From a virus, in the IMG/VR virus record IMGVR_UViG_3300020190_000012, positions 1-64,000 of that record: a stretch of 64,000 nucleotides of DNA. One strand, 5' to 3'. The translations under genes were made by a program, and so were the position numbers. Of the stretch, positions 29,951 through 39,727 are shown one piece after another. Every line of letters starts with the position of its first letter. The stretch's first letter is position 1. The notes under the pieces were generated by a model. That model worked only from the letters and a program-made list of their open reading frames with translations, was not told where the DNA came from and made no database searches.

Positions 29951-30952
29951 TCAGAGAGGGAATGGGTGTGGCTGGTCTGCAGAACTCCACCCCCCACCAC
30001 CATAATCAGATATTGCAAGATACCTACCGGCATCGGTACCTAGAGAAACAAAATTCATAGGCGTCTTGATAATACCGTTGGTAAGTTCTGTACTGTCCAA
30101 CTGGAAGATACAGCCGAAGAACTTCACGAGCGTTTTTGGTGTTGCCCCAATTTTTGCATTCAACAAAATATTGACATGCGGGATGTTTTGGCCAGGATCA
30201 TCTTCGCGATTTTTTGCCTGATCTGCCAAGGTTTGTGGGCGACCAAAAAATCTTACGGAACCAGAGACCCTTCGCTTCTTGGGCAAAATGTCGTATGGAG
30301 CCAACTGTCCAGCAATGACATACACCTCTTCTGAATTGTTGTCAATGCTGACATCAAGTTGCTCAATCAAATTAAACTCTTTGGGGTCGATGTTCCCATT
30401 AACACCCTCCACCCCTATAGTAACATCGTTATAAGTGATAACACGAAGAGGAGATTCTGCAGATGCAGTATCCAGATTCGGAAGGTTGTCTGCAGCTGTG
30501 GCCGGTCGACGACCCCTGCCTCGAAATGAAGCAGTGCAATCTAGAGTGCCATTCGCAGCTATTGACAAACTTATTTTGTCAACGACCATGTCGTCGTATA
30601 CAAATGTAAAACCACTGTGGTAGTGCACCACTACATCAACTGTTTCTGCAAATTTGCCGTCTGCAGTTCTCCTGCCTGCAGCACGCCACAACTGCGCGAA
30701 GGTGTCAAGGTTTCCACCATTTTCGGCCTTGTCAAGGGTAAATTTCACATCCCCTGACGCCTTGAAATTACCCATCTTGTATCTGGTCATGTCAATACTG
30801 CCGTCGATGTCCTCAACTGGCTCAATTGACTGTTCGCCCTTGATGCTGCAACTCGTTGCACGCAGGATTGCCCCGTTGATGGCCACCACGCCAGGGAATC
30901 CAGCACGAACGGGAAGGTTTTGGTTATCAATCGGATTCTCAAATGATGGCAT
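29951..30952 (-). CDS. Major tail tube protein
   Basis: 333 aa beta-rich; FVYDDMVVDKISLSI, LDVSIDNNSE..PYDILPKKRRVSGSVRF typical of tube proteins; GAGG RBS. Confidence 0.8.
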   Translation of the reverse strand: MPSFENPIDNQNLPVRAGFPGVVAINGAILRATSCSIKGEQSIEPVEDIDGSIDMTRYKMGNFKASGDVKFTLDKAENGGNLDTFAQLWRAAGRRTADGKFAETVDVVVHYHSGFTFVYDDMVVDKISLSIAANGTLDCTASFRGRGRRPATAADNLPNLDTASAESPLRVITYNDVTIGVEGVNGNIDPKEFNLIEQLDVSIDNNSEEVYVIAGQLAPYDILPKKRRVSGSVRFFGRPQTLADQAKNREDDPGQNIPHVNILLNAKIGATPKTLVKFFGCIFQLDSTELTNGIIKTPMNFVSLGTDAGRYLAISDYGGGGWSSADQPHPFPL

Positions 30953-30999
30953 TATTTTACCTCATCTCGTCGATAATCGCGAGAACAAATTCATCATGT

Positions 31000-31365
31000 T
31001 CACTCAATATTTTCTGCACTGATGGTGAAGCCTAAATTGGCGCTCATCTGCGCAAAAACTGGGTCAACCTGAATGTCTCCTGCGTCCAAGAAACTGTCAA
31101 GAGAGGCATTTGTCCTGCGCAACACATGATTGTTTAGGGCTGCCACGGCAGAATTAAGCGTCGAGGTTGACTGCGTGCTAGCGGTGACTGCTTCATAGCT
31201 GTTAAAGAAAGGAGACAACAGGTCAATTGACGGCTGGACCGAGTCAAACAGCGCAATCTCGTACACAGCGCTATACACGGAATCCTTGGCCAGCAACAAG
31301 GTTGCCTTACACTGTGCAATATAGTCCGAAAGATTCTTGTATTCTGCTGCTGAAATTACTGCCAT
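31000..31365 (-). CDS. Small hypothetical protein, possibly structural
   Basis: GGAGGAG RBS; 121 aa helical; immediately before tail tube. Confidence 0.6.
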   Translation of the reverse strand: MAVISAAEYKNLSDYIAQCKATLLLAKDSVYSAVYEIALFDSVQPSIDLLSPFFNSYEAVTASTQSTSTLNSAVAALNNHVLRRTNASLDSFLDAGDIQVDPVFAQMSANLGFTISAENIE

Positions 31366-31381
31366 TTGCTCCTCCGATAGT

Positions 31382-32485
31382 TCATAATGGTGTTACACTT
31401 TCTACATCAAGTTTCCTTGCTTCCCTTCTCGAGATTAGTGGCATCAATTTAATAAAAATATCTAGGTGGCTAGGAGTGTCATTCAAATCACAAGGTCGCG
31501 AAGGTTCTGATAGGGACGACAGGGTCACTAGAGTCTCTGCAAGGGCCCCTGGGACAGGTATGTGAAGCAGTTTGCCTGATGCAGACATAAACGGGGTAGA
31601 TGGCAGGAGATGACTACATCCAATGGCTCGGAAAATAGGGCAGTCGGTCACCACTGAGTCAACCCCGAACCTTACAGCCTCAACAACAGAAACCGCAGAA
31701 GACGGACAGAGGACAGGAAAAACCGCCGCCCAAGCTCCGGCAAGCGTCTGCGCGTACAGGAGGTCGTCAACCCCATATTCCACAGAGGAGGCCGCCCAAG
31801 CCTGCCTAGAGCCTGCTGGAAGCACCCCTCTGCCTAGGTCAAAGTCGCCTGGGTCGGCTCCGTTTGTCCCGATAACGAGCTCCCATCCGCTTTCATACAG
31901 ACCAGACTTCTCCCATTCCGACAGAAGGTATGAAAAATTGTTAGACTCAAAGTTTCTCATGGGGGCAAAAAAATACTTGCCCCTCTTGATTTCTTGAACA
32001 TTTTGCAAAAACAGAGCAGTAAACGGTGTGGAAACTTGAATATTTTTAACACCAGATCGAACAGCCTGATTTGCTGCCACCATACTACAAGCTATGACGG
32101 CATCAGCCAAAAGACACGACTCATAGGGTCGATCAACATATCTTTCGCAGTCGTTCAAGATGTGCAGCCATCCAAAATCGTGTATACCAACAACCCGACA
32201 GGCAGCAACATGGGCGGCATCTGCATCATCTCCAAAGGAGATAACCAAATCTGGCTTCGCTGATTCACAAAATACGCCAAAATTAACTGCGGCTGCAACC
32301 CCCCTAGGCAGTGGCAAGCACCTTGGGATGCCTGAGTCAGTAGAAAGGTCAAAAAACACTCCGATGTGTTCTGGAAAAGATTTTTGAATATGTCGCCATA
32401 TGACATCGCCAATCCTTGAATTGGCGGTCAACAGGTGGGGGCTGCACCCTGTGACTGCAATAATCATCCTGGCGGTTGCCTCCAA
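31382..32485 (-). CDS. Divergent GT-B glycosyltransferase (GT4-like)
   Basis: KPDLVISFGD, ADAVIACS, AVFPVLCPSSAVSVVEAVRFGVDSVVTDCP (first Glu of EX7E missing); start uncertain. Confidence 0.65.
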   Translation of the reverse strand: MEATARMIIAVTGCSPHLLTANSRIGDVIWRHIQKSFPEHIGVFFDLSTDSGIPRCLPLPRGVAAAVNFGVFCESAKPDLVISFGDDADAAHVAACRVVGIHDFGWLHILNDCERYVDRPYESCLLADAVIACSMVAANQAVRSGVKNIQVSTPFTALFLQNVQEIKRGKYFFAPMRNFESNNFSYLLSEWEKSGLYESGWELVIGTNGADPGDFDLGRGVLPAGSRQAWAASSVEYGVDDLLYAQTLAGAWAAVFPVLCPSSAVSVVEAVRFGVDSVVTDCPIFRAIGCSHLLPSTPFMSASGKLLHIPVPGALAETLVTLSSLSEPSRPCDLNDTPSHLDIFIKLMPLISRREARKLDVESVTPL

Positions 32486-33375
32486 GAATCACCAAATCCA
32501 TATGGGTGGTGATTCTGAGCTTCGGTTGCACTCCAACTGATCCTGGCAGCCTTCAACAACGTGCCCTTATGGACGAAGCCATAATCTATGCTTTTTGGCC
32601 AGCACTTGTACAAGAATCGTTCAACGAGAATGACTTTAGGATCATTTGCCACGAGATACTCGTTTTTTGCTGGCTCAGATAACCTGATCACCTGACCGTC
32701 AACAACCTCAGCCACATGGCAATCTTCAGATATGAATACACTGTCTAGCAAGATGAACTGACCCGCAGTAATACCGTCTGTATCTGAAAGTCTCACAAAA
32801 ACATCACCCTGCTCGATATTCGATAAGACTGACACGTATCCCTTATCGCCTGCAATTGCAACAGGGTTCTTCTTGAGACCAGTTTCTACGATGTTGGCAA
32901 GATGCATTAGATACTCGTAGCCCTCCTCCTGTGTTGCATCTGCAACATAACAAGTGATGTCAACCTCGTATGTTTCGTTGCTGACCTCCAAGCCAATCCA
33001 CTCAGAATTCTTGCTCTTACCATTTATTGTTATTGCAGGATATTTTATGATGTTGTCTGGATCTCCAAGATATATGCCCTGAACAAATTGCCCCTTGACA
33101 GCCTTTCGCAAATTGCAACTCCCAACGTTCCAATCAGAAAACCTGACCCCCTCTTGAAGAACTACATGCGTCTCATCGGGAACCTCCGTAATAACATGCG
33201 GATATTCAAATTCAGTACCATCGGTGATCAGTACATCATCTCCGACTTTAAAGCGATTAGAGGTTCTCAGTGTCAAAACACGGTCACCAACAGCGATGGG
33301 TTCAGTTATTGGGGATTCAGAACTGACCCATCTGTGTATGATTTGCCGAAGACTAGTGAGAACCTTATACATCAA
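32464..33375 (-). CDS. Tail terminator/tail completion-like protein with two inserted beta domains
   Basis: IYLGDP..YPAITI..YEVDITCYV..LANIVETGL terminator-like core; position between adaptor and tube. Confidence 0.6.
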   Translation of the reverse strand: MMYKVLTSLRQIIHRWVSSESPITEPIAVGDRVLTLRTSNRFKVGDDVLITDGTEFEYPHVITEVPDETHVVLQEGVRFSDWNVGSCNLRKAVKGQFVQGIYLGDPDNIIKYPAITINGKSKNSEWIGLEVSNETYEVDITCYVADATQEEGYEYLMHLANIVETGLKKNPVAIAGDKGYVSVLSNIEQGDVFVRLSDTDGITAGQFILLDSVFISEDCHVAEVVDGQVIRLSEPAKNEYLVANDPKVILVERFLYKCWPKSIDYGFVHKGTLLKAARISWSATEAQNHHPYGFGDSWRQPPG

Positions 33376-33635
33376 AGTGGATATTTCATTATTTTGTCAA
33401 CAACCCTATCAATCATATCTTCCACAATAGCATTTATCTTGTCCATCTTGACAGCATCTTCGGACGAAGCACTTCTTACTGCAGCATCTTGAGTTGCCTC
33501 TTCTCTTGAAGAGAATATTCTGGTTCCAGCATATATGCGAGATGGAGCGCTCGAAGACTCGGCAGACCCATCTTTTATGGCATTGATCTGCGCCAGAGCC
33601 GAGCTCACAATGTCTCCAATTGCTTCCATGATCAC
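33372..33635 (-). CDS. Hypothetical protein
   Basis: 87 aa, overlap-coupled on both sides. Confidence 0.55.
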   Translation of the reverse strand: MIMEAIGDIVSSALAQINAIKDGSAESSSAPSRIYAGTRIFSSREEATQDAAVRSASSEDAVKMDKINAIVEDMIDRVVDKIMKYPL

Positions 33636-34357
33636 ATATCTGGAATGTCTCTAGTCGAATCCTGATCAGTATTGGGTAGTGAATATCTGCCCAAAAGCGT
33701 AGGATTGGCAAATCTACTTGAGATTCTGGTCTGACCATGAAGAATAGTTCTTCCGTTCAATATGTTCATCAACATGACGCGTGCCTGATTTCTCAACCCC
33801 TTGCCATACTCGTTCTTCTCTGTGCCGCTCATGGCAGAGAAATGTCTGTCAAACAGGCTGGCAACACAAAGACGCGCTGATGCTCCCGGGACTGGGTCGG
33901 GGAATTTTACTCGCAGCAATCGTGATTCTGCTGCCGCAAAATCAACCAAGAAAGGGTCATTAACGATAAGGGTTGTACCGTTCGCAATATTAGCAACTGT
34001 CCTTCTCTCATTTAGAAAACCGTTTGTCAGAACAATTATATCACCCGGTACGAATACATTTGCATTGGGGCTCATGATGACGATATCTGTGTTGTATGGA
34101 TCAATATCCACCACGAGTTCAAATTCGACATCACTTATCTCTTTCAGTGGAGTGCTGTACATGGAGCTCAAAATAGAGTTTATGTACTCGTCAGCAAGCG
34201 CGATGTGCTGATCAAGAATCTCATCAGTTATCACATTACCCTTGAGGCTATTGCCAAAATTTATGAGACTACCTTTCTGTGTGAGCGTTGGATCTGTCGC
34301 GGTCGTAAAAGACTGGGCAAAAACACGCTTGCAGAGATCTCTCGTTGCGTATCCCAT
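33632..34357 (-). CDS. Head-to-tail adaptor (Mu gp36/DUF1320-like)
   Basis: MGYAT..L, ILDQHIALADEYINSILSSMYSTPL, ASARLCVASLF, ARVMLMNILNG match the family pattern. Confidence 0.7.
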   Translation of the reverse strand: MGYATRDLCKRVFAQSFTTATDPTLTQKGSLINFGNSLKGNVITDEILDQHIALADEYINSILSSMYSTPLKEISDVEFELVVDIDPYNTDIVIMSPNANVFVPGDIIVLTNGFLNERRTVANIANGTTLIVNDPFLVDFAAAESRLLRVKFPDPVPGASARLCVASLFDRHFSAMSGTEKNEYGKGLRNQARVMLMNILNGRTILHGQTRISSRFANPTLLGRYSLPNTDQDSTRDIPDM

Positions 34358-35517
34358 CAGACCTGATCCCTAGTTATAATTCCATTAAGAAGTCTGTTCT
34401 TTACAATCTGCGCAGATGTTAACAGTCCAGAGCAAACTGCGTTTAGTGGGTCTGCCGCCTTGCGGACATCCCCAATCTTGAATGGCAGTTGTATGGAAGA
34501 CATGATTCTTGCCAATTTATTCTCAAAGCCGTTTGGCATAGAAGTTCCACCGGCGATCACCACATCAAGAGGCTTGTCAAACTGACTCTTAACTTCTATG
34601 AACTTCTTGGCAAACAAACCGACGACATGACGGAGCATGGCATCATAATATGCGTCAAGCGCAAAAGCTATGTCATTATCTTCATCGATGTTTTCAAAGT
34701 CAAGAACCCGCTCCTTGAAATCTATCACCTGAGACACTGGCACCGCAGTCTGCTCTGAAACTTGTCTGTCAACCCAATCTCCGCTCCTGCTAACAGACAT
34801 GCCAAGAATCTGCATACCTTTGTATGCTACAACGCAATTTGCCCTGCCGGCACCAAATGACATTCCTATTCCACTGAAAGGGACTTCTGTGCCGTCATCT
34901 AGAACCACAGACGGCCTCTCGCTGAGAATGACAGCAAGACCTTCCTCTATGACCTTAACATTCCAATTAAGGCGGGTAAACATGGCCTTGAGACGAGCCG
35001 AATGAAAAATGCTGTCCTGACCAGCATCCGCGCATGGACTGGACACACATATGCAAACAACTGAATTTTCATCAGGAGCCTTGCCAATAGAAGATTCTAT
35101 GACTCCAGAAAGAACCAAACTCTTCTTTGGCTCGTCTCTGTTGAGGACTCCGTCCTGAAGTGGGCGGCGAATCTCAACCGACCCTGGAAATAACTTGGCA
35201 ACCTGCATTGAGTCATCTCCAACGACAAAGTACTGCATGCCATCTTTTACATATCTCCAACCATTTCTAGTCAAGATCTCTTCCAGTTCTGATGAATATG
35301 GTATTTCTACAAACGCGTTCCTGACCGAAGATACGCTTATGTTGTCACCCACTAGTTCCGCTGTCTGAAAAAACATAGTTCCCACATCCACGCCAATGGC
35401 TCGGGTGCTTGGTTTTTCTTCTTCAAAACTATTCACAGATTTCGCGGGAGCGTTCGCCAACGACGACGACCGTTTTAAGGAAGAAACATTCTGCACGGCT
35501 TTGTGGTGGGCGTTCAT
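34357..35517 (-). CDS. Actin-like ATPase, volactin-like subfamily
   Basis: Phosphate-1 IGVDVGT, connect-1 IEEGLAV, phosphate-2 GMSFGAGRAN, adenosine VIAGGTS, connect-2 DPLNAVCSG; also RNAFVEIPYS, RRPLQDG, RSGDWVD. Confidence 0.9.
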   Translation of the reverse strand: MNAHHKAVQNVSSLKRSSSLANAPAKSVNSFEEEKPSTRAIGVDVGTMFFQTAELVGDNISVSSVRNAFVEIPYSSELEEILTRNGWRYVKDGMQYFVVGDDSMQVAKLFPGSVEIRRPLQDGVLNRDEPKKSLVLSGVIESSIGKAPDENSVVCICVSSPCADAGQDSIFHSARLKAMFTRLNWNVKVIEEGLAVILSERPSVVLDDGTEVPFSGIGMSFGAGRANCVVAYKGMQILGMSVSRSGDWVDRQVSEQTAVPVSQVIDFKERVLDFENIDEDNDIAFALDAYYDAMLRHVVGLFAKKFIEVKSQFDKPLDVVIAGGTSMPNGFENKLARIMSSIQLPFKIGDVRKAADPLNAVCSGLLTSAQIVKNRLLNGIITRDQV

Positions 35518-36047
35518 TAGAGAAGACCCTCCAATTCATCTAGTTTTTTCTTCATATCGGATGCGTCCTTAGATTTGCCTTTTTTAGGCTCTATATTTGT
35601 GGAAAGGTTGGATGCCATGCGTGAAACAACTTTTTCATGTATGGCTATAAGGTTTTCGGCTTGCGGCTCAGATATTGATTTAATGACATCAACATTTTCA
35701 ACCTGTGAGGAGACATGAACAACCTGAGGGGCAGGCATGGAAGATAGCATTTTTTTTAACTCTACTAGTGATTCTGCAATTGCGGATATGGCCTTACCAT
35801 CATTCTCTTCTCTAACTATTTTTCTCAATGCGTCCATGTCTATGGCATTCTGACGACCATGGTTAGTATCTTTTGATACTACCCTTAGATATCCAGCAAC
35901 CACGGCCTTTTTTACTGATGGGCTTGCCTCGACAATTCTCCTGTCAGCAACACTGTCAAGATCTATAGACTGACTTGGAGATAGCACCACCTTCAGGTCT
36001 CCGAGTGACAAATGCTGCCTAGTTGTATTTACCACTAAAAACATCAT
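35517..36047 (-). CDS. Putative actin partner: N-terminal ~55-aa module plus coiled coil and basic C-terminal helix
   Basis: 1-nt overlap (TAATG) with the actin gene; C-terminal MKKKLDELEGLL. Confidence 0.6.
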   Translation of the reverse strand: MMFLVVNTTRQHLSLGDLKVVLSPSQSIDLDSVADRRIVEASPSVKKAVVAGYLRVVSKDTNHGRQNAIDMDALRKIVREENDGKAISAIAESLVELKKMLSSMPAPQVVHVSSQVENVDVIKSISEPQAENLIAIHEKVVSRMASNLSTNIEPKKGKSKDASDMKKKLDELEGLL

Positions 36048-36259
36048 CCGTGCAATCTGGTTCGAGGTAGAGGTTTGAAATTTTTTGATGGGTCTATAAT
36101 CATCGTCGAACTCTTTTTACACGATGGGCAAACCATGTGTATTGTGCCCTGCGAGAAGTTAATCTCCACATTGCCACGAGCCGCCGTACTAGAGAAGCAC
36201 GCTGGACACACCACTCTGAACACCTCATGCTCATGGGTCACCTCCTCTCTTTTAGGCAA
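36044..36259 (-). CDS. Small zinc-ribbon protein
   Basis: CPAC..CPSC; overlap-coupled. Confidence 0.65.
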   Translation of the reverse strand: MPKREEVTHEHEVFRVVCPACFSSTAARGNVEINFSQGTIHMVCPSCKKSSTMIIDPSKNFKPLPRTRLHG

Positions 36260-38522
36260 GGAACAAACTCCTTGCCAATTTCAACATGTAATCCCTTACA
36301 TCTTCGTAAGAACATCCTGCCTCTTTGAAAAATGGAACATCATCTATAAATGCCATTCTTTGCTCTCGAGCGCGTCTTGCCGTGCCAAGACCGCTATCTC
36401 GCCAACTCTTGATATCAGGTTCTTCTCCAATGAAGTTCATAAGTGCAACAGCTTCTTCATTGTTTATGATGACCGACTGGTTGAGTTGCCAAGCCAAGCC
36501 GGCAATCACTCTTGCAGCATTGTATTTATCTTTGTATCTATTTGTCGCCCTATCGAATGCTGCCACAAGAGCATTGTCTAACTTTTTCTGCTCTTGAGGA
36601 TCGGCATTTGTCAACGATGCTATCCATGCCGCAGGATTGAATATGCCGCCATCTTGCTTCAGTTTTTGGTATATCAACTGAACCTCATTAGGTCCACGAG
36701 CGGGAATGCGCTCAACAGTTCTGTTCGTATTGTCTTTCAACAACTGCATCATGCACTTAGCCATTTCTTCACTGTTGATGGCACCCTTGATCTCCTGCAC
36801 CTTATCTTCAAAAGGAAGACCAGAAATTCTTGGGGCCAATGTGTGCACAAGCACATATCTGCAGCGACGCTTAGCCTCTTCTTTTTTGGAAAGAGCTCTC
36901 GGTTGAGCCTGCTGAAGACTGTGAAGATCAGATCTTTCGAAATCATCAGGTGCAAAATTCGTCCAGTCCAACGGAGGATTAGCCCTATTTGCCCTGACAA
37001 TTGCAGTCAAAACCCTGATGCCCTCATTAATTTCACCACTTTCTGTGGTGATTACAATTTGAGCGTGATTGTGGTTGACATACGCTGTCTTCTTTCTACC
37101 AAACAGCGACTTCAGGTGGATAAGTGCAGGAATTGAATGGCCACGCTGCGCAACATCTATAAGCGCATCAAGCCCGTTGATGATCCTATTACGTGCGTTC
37201 GTTGCATCTTCGAGAGACTGCTGCAAAATATTTCTCATGGGCTCTACGGCCGCCTGTTGGCTCTTCATCTGCTCAGCACCAATCGCCTCAATGGAAAGTT
37301 TATCAAGTATGCTGCTCAAAGAGCCAATATGGGTGTCAAGTTTGATGGCGACATCATTCTTGAATCCTTCAAGAATTCTGATAGCCTTATCGTTGTATTG
37401 AGTAGGAGCCTGAGACTGAAGTTGCTCAATCCCACTATGAATGTTTGCAGCAAAGTCTTCGGAAGTTGTAGTTGCTGAACTATCCGGAACTACATCAAGA
37501 CCTCGTTTCTCTGGATCCACTTCTCCTAGAGCCCGAGCGGAGTCGTACTCATCCTGCGCGAACTCGTTAACTCCGAGTTCACGCCTACGCTTGTCAACCA
37601 CATATGCAAACATATGTGCAGTCGCATCTTCGTCGCCACCCTGTAGAAGATTAACAAGCCTGCACAGCAGCGTGATGCCAACAACATCAAAAGCAGATGA
37701 CGTTCCTGGCATCTGTGCAATAGTTCTGTTAGATACTGTCTGAACATTGGTCTTGCCAGACTCATTCAAAACACTTTGGACACGCTGTGGCATCTTCTCA
37801 CGATGACGATTAAAGAAACTATATACGAAGTTGCCCCTAGAGGCCTGAAAGTCAGAAATCTCTATGGCGTTTCTTCCGCCCTCAATCTCATCTAGGTATA
37901 CGGTATATGCTAGGTTTGATCTTTGCCTAAACCATTCAGCATTCAAACCATTCCTGACACATGCTGCACGAGCAGCACTTTGTTGGTTAACAAGAGCTGC
38001 CTTGCCAAATGCTGGCAAACCACCTTTGGATATCACGTCATTCAGGTGTGCGATGATGCTTAGCAGGTCATCTCCGCCTTCGGGGAACGTTGAACATGGA
38101 GACTCGTCCTGATTTACGCCTGGAACTGCTCTCATCTGCCTTGGGAGCACAATTCCATCCTGGACAATCTGGGCATCACCCTGATCCTGCATGTTCGCCT
38201 CGGGGGACTTCAACCACTCTTGCAAACATGTTAAACTTTCAGACAAAATATCTTGTGCTTCATCGGCAACACGACTGTCATCCTCGTATTCATTAATTTT
38301 TACATAAGCCTCCTCAGACAGGCGATTCAACTCCTCCCGCCGAACATCAACAGACCTATCAGCGTTATTGGCAGCCTGCTCCATGCTTGTGATCACGCCA
38401 GTTAGGTATGCATGTAATTCCCTGTTGCGACTATATATATAATTGAGTTTACGAGTCGCCGACTCGCAAGATCCAGCTGCGGTTTTTTGAAATTTCTGTG
38501 AAAACATGATGTCTTTTCCCAT
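36252..38522 (-). CDS. Large helical hypothetical protein, possibly an internal virion protein
   Basis: Long ORF; start probably 38522 or 38507 rather than 38600; FQKTAA near N-terminus. Confidence 0.55.
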   Translation of the reverse strand: MGKDIMFSQKFQKTAAGSCESATRKLNYIYSRNRELHAYLTGVITSMEQAANNADRSVDVRREELNRLSEEAYVKINEYEDDSRVADEAQDILSESLTCLQEWLKSPEANMQDQGDAQIVQDGIVLPRQMRAVPGVNQDESPCSTFPEGGDDLLSIIAHLNDVISKGGLPAFGKAALVNQQSAARAACVRNGLNAEWFRQRSNLAYTVYLDEIEGGRNAIEISDFQASRGNFVYSFFNRHREKMPQRVQSVLNESGKTNVQTVSNRTIAQMPGTSSAFDVVGITLLCRLVNLLQGGDEDATAHMFAYVVDKRRRELGVNEFAQDEYDSARALGEVDPEKRGLDVVPDSSATTTSEDFAANIHSGIEQLQSQAPTQYNDKAIRILEGFKNDVAIKLDTHIGSLSSILDKLSIEAIGAEQMKSQQAAVEPMRNILQQSLEDATNARNRIINGLDALIDVAQRGHSIPALIHLKSLFGRKKTAYVNHNHAQIVITTESGEINEGIRVLTAIVRANRANPPLDWTNFAPDDFERSDLHSLQQAQPRALSKKEEAKRRCRYVLVHTLAPRISGLPFEDKVQEIKGAINSEEMAKCMMQLLKDNTNRTVERIPARGPNEVQLIYQKLKQDGGIFNPAAWIASLTNADPQEQKKLDNALVAAFDRATNRYKDKYNAARVIAGLAWQLNQSVIINNEEAVALMNFIGEEPDIKSWRDSGLGTARRAREQRMAFIDDVPFFKEAGCSYEDVRDYMLKLARSLFLA

Positions 38523-38615
38523 AAATGGTATTTCTGACTTATCACGACCTATCCTTGTGAGGAGGTGTGAGGAGAACATGCGCCCCGCCCAACACCACAC
38601 GCCGCCACGGTGGTG

Positions 38616-39305
38616 TCAGTTTTTTTCCTTGTATTTGAGGTCTATCTGGGAAACAAGACCATGTCGCTGACAAGATTCTGGTGGGAATTCAAAATAACCC
38701 ACCCCGCCCAGGCCCTTGAGTCTTCTCAGGGCGTCTGTAAGGCCATTCCTAGACGACCTGCAGTCTAGGTCGCACTGAAATTCGTCCCCAGCAACAACTG
38801 CCTTAGATGACTTGCCAAGCCTGGTCAGGAATAGGTGCATCTGCTCGGGAGTGCTATTTTGAGCCTCGTCCATGATCATGAAAGTGTTTTCAAACGTGAC
38901 GCCACGCATGAAGGCAAGAGGTAGTATTTCAATCTGATCAGATGCCATCATTCTGCCAGCCGTGCTCTTACCAAGTATCTTCTCCATAATCATTCTGACC
39001 GGAGAAACAAAAGGATCAAACTTTTGCTCAAGAGACCCAGGAAGATATCCTAGCCTTTCACCCGCACTGACATAGGGACGCGTCAAGACAATTTTACTGA
39101 TTCTTTTTTCACTCAACATCCGCAGGGCCATACCAGTGGCAATGGTTGTCTTACCTGTTCCTGCCATTCCATATAACATAGTCACCGCGCTGTCCTCAAT
39201 AATTTTAATAGCCTTCTTCTGATGATCATCAAGTGGTTTGAATGCTATGTGGGGCCCAGAACGATTGTCCTCAACCAACTGCTTGCGCCTAGACTTGTTG
39301 CTCAT
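38616..39305 (-). CDS. phoH: PhoH-family ATPase
   Basis: GMAGTGKT Walker A, LTRP, GERLGYLPG, PLAFMRGVTF, MDEAQN, LTRLG, GDEFQCD, RH.LV. Confidence 0.95.
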   Translation of the reverse strand: MSNKSRRKQLVEDNRSGPHIAFKPLDDHQKKAIKIIEDSAVTMLYGMAGTGKTTIATGMALRMLSEKRISKIVLTRPYVSAGERLGYLPGSLEQKFDPFVSPVRMIMEKILGKSTAGRMMASDQIEILPLAFMRGVTFENTFMIMDEAQNSTPEQMHLFLTRLGKSSKAVVAGDEFQCDLDCRSSRNGLTDALRRLKGLGGVGYFEFPPESCQRHGLVSQIDLKYKEKN

Positions 39306-39727
39306 GTCGCCTTTCCTCCTAGCGTTAGAATTACAAAACCAGACGAACGAGAATCACGGCGGCACACAATACCGTCCGTGAGCATTGAGCCGTAGAAAGA
39401 GTCCAACTCTCCCATACGTGATACGATTACGTCCCAAACAGGCGAAGGGAGGCGGATACGCCTCCCTTCAAGTAACTGCAGTCTTATTTTTATTGGGTTA
39501 AAGTCTGTCAACGACTCAACCTGTACTAAAAAGTCGTCAAATTCATTAGCCAATTCTAACTGCCAAAAACCAGATTCGTCTCTTGAACGCCTCAAATAAT
39601 CTATCTGATCGTAGCCCATTGACTCTCGCAGATGAGCCAACTGCTCGGCATTGAGAAGACGGGTCAATCTGCAAAATTCTGGATATGATTCGAAAATGGG
39701 TACGTCTTGCGTCTTTTTTCGTTTCAT
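39302..39727 (-). CDS. Hypothetical protein
   Basis: Start likely MKRKK at 39727 (ATGA overlap). Confidence 0.55.
   Translation of the reverse strand: MKRKKTQDVPIFESYPEFCRLTRLLNAEQLAHLRESMGYDQIDYLRRSRDESGFWQLELANEFDDFLVQVESLTDFNPIKIRLQLLEGRRIRLPSPVWDVIVSRMGELDSFYGSMLTDGIVCRRDSRSSGFVILTLGGKAT

Noticed and set aside
6270-34100. Recurring DPY motif (YDPY, DPYDPY, IDPY)
   Set aside because: Too few and too short to separate from chance by eye.
38592-38616. Hairpin after phoH as terminator
   Set aside because: 7-bp stem with long loop and no U-tract.
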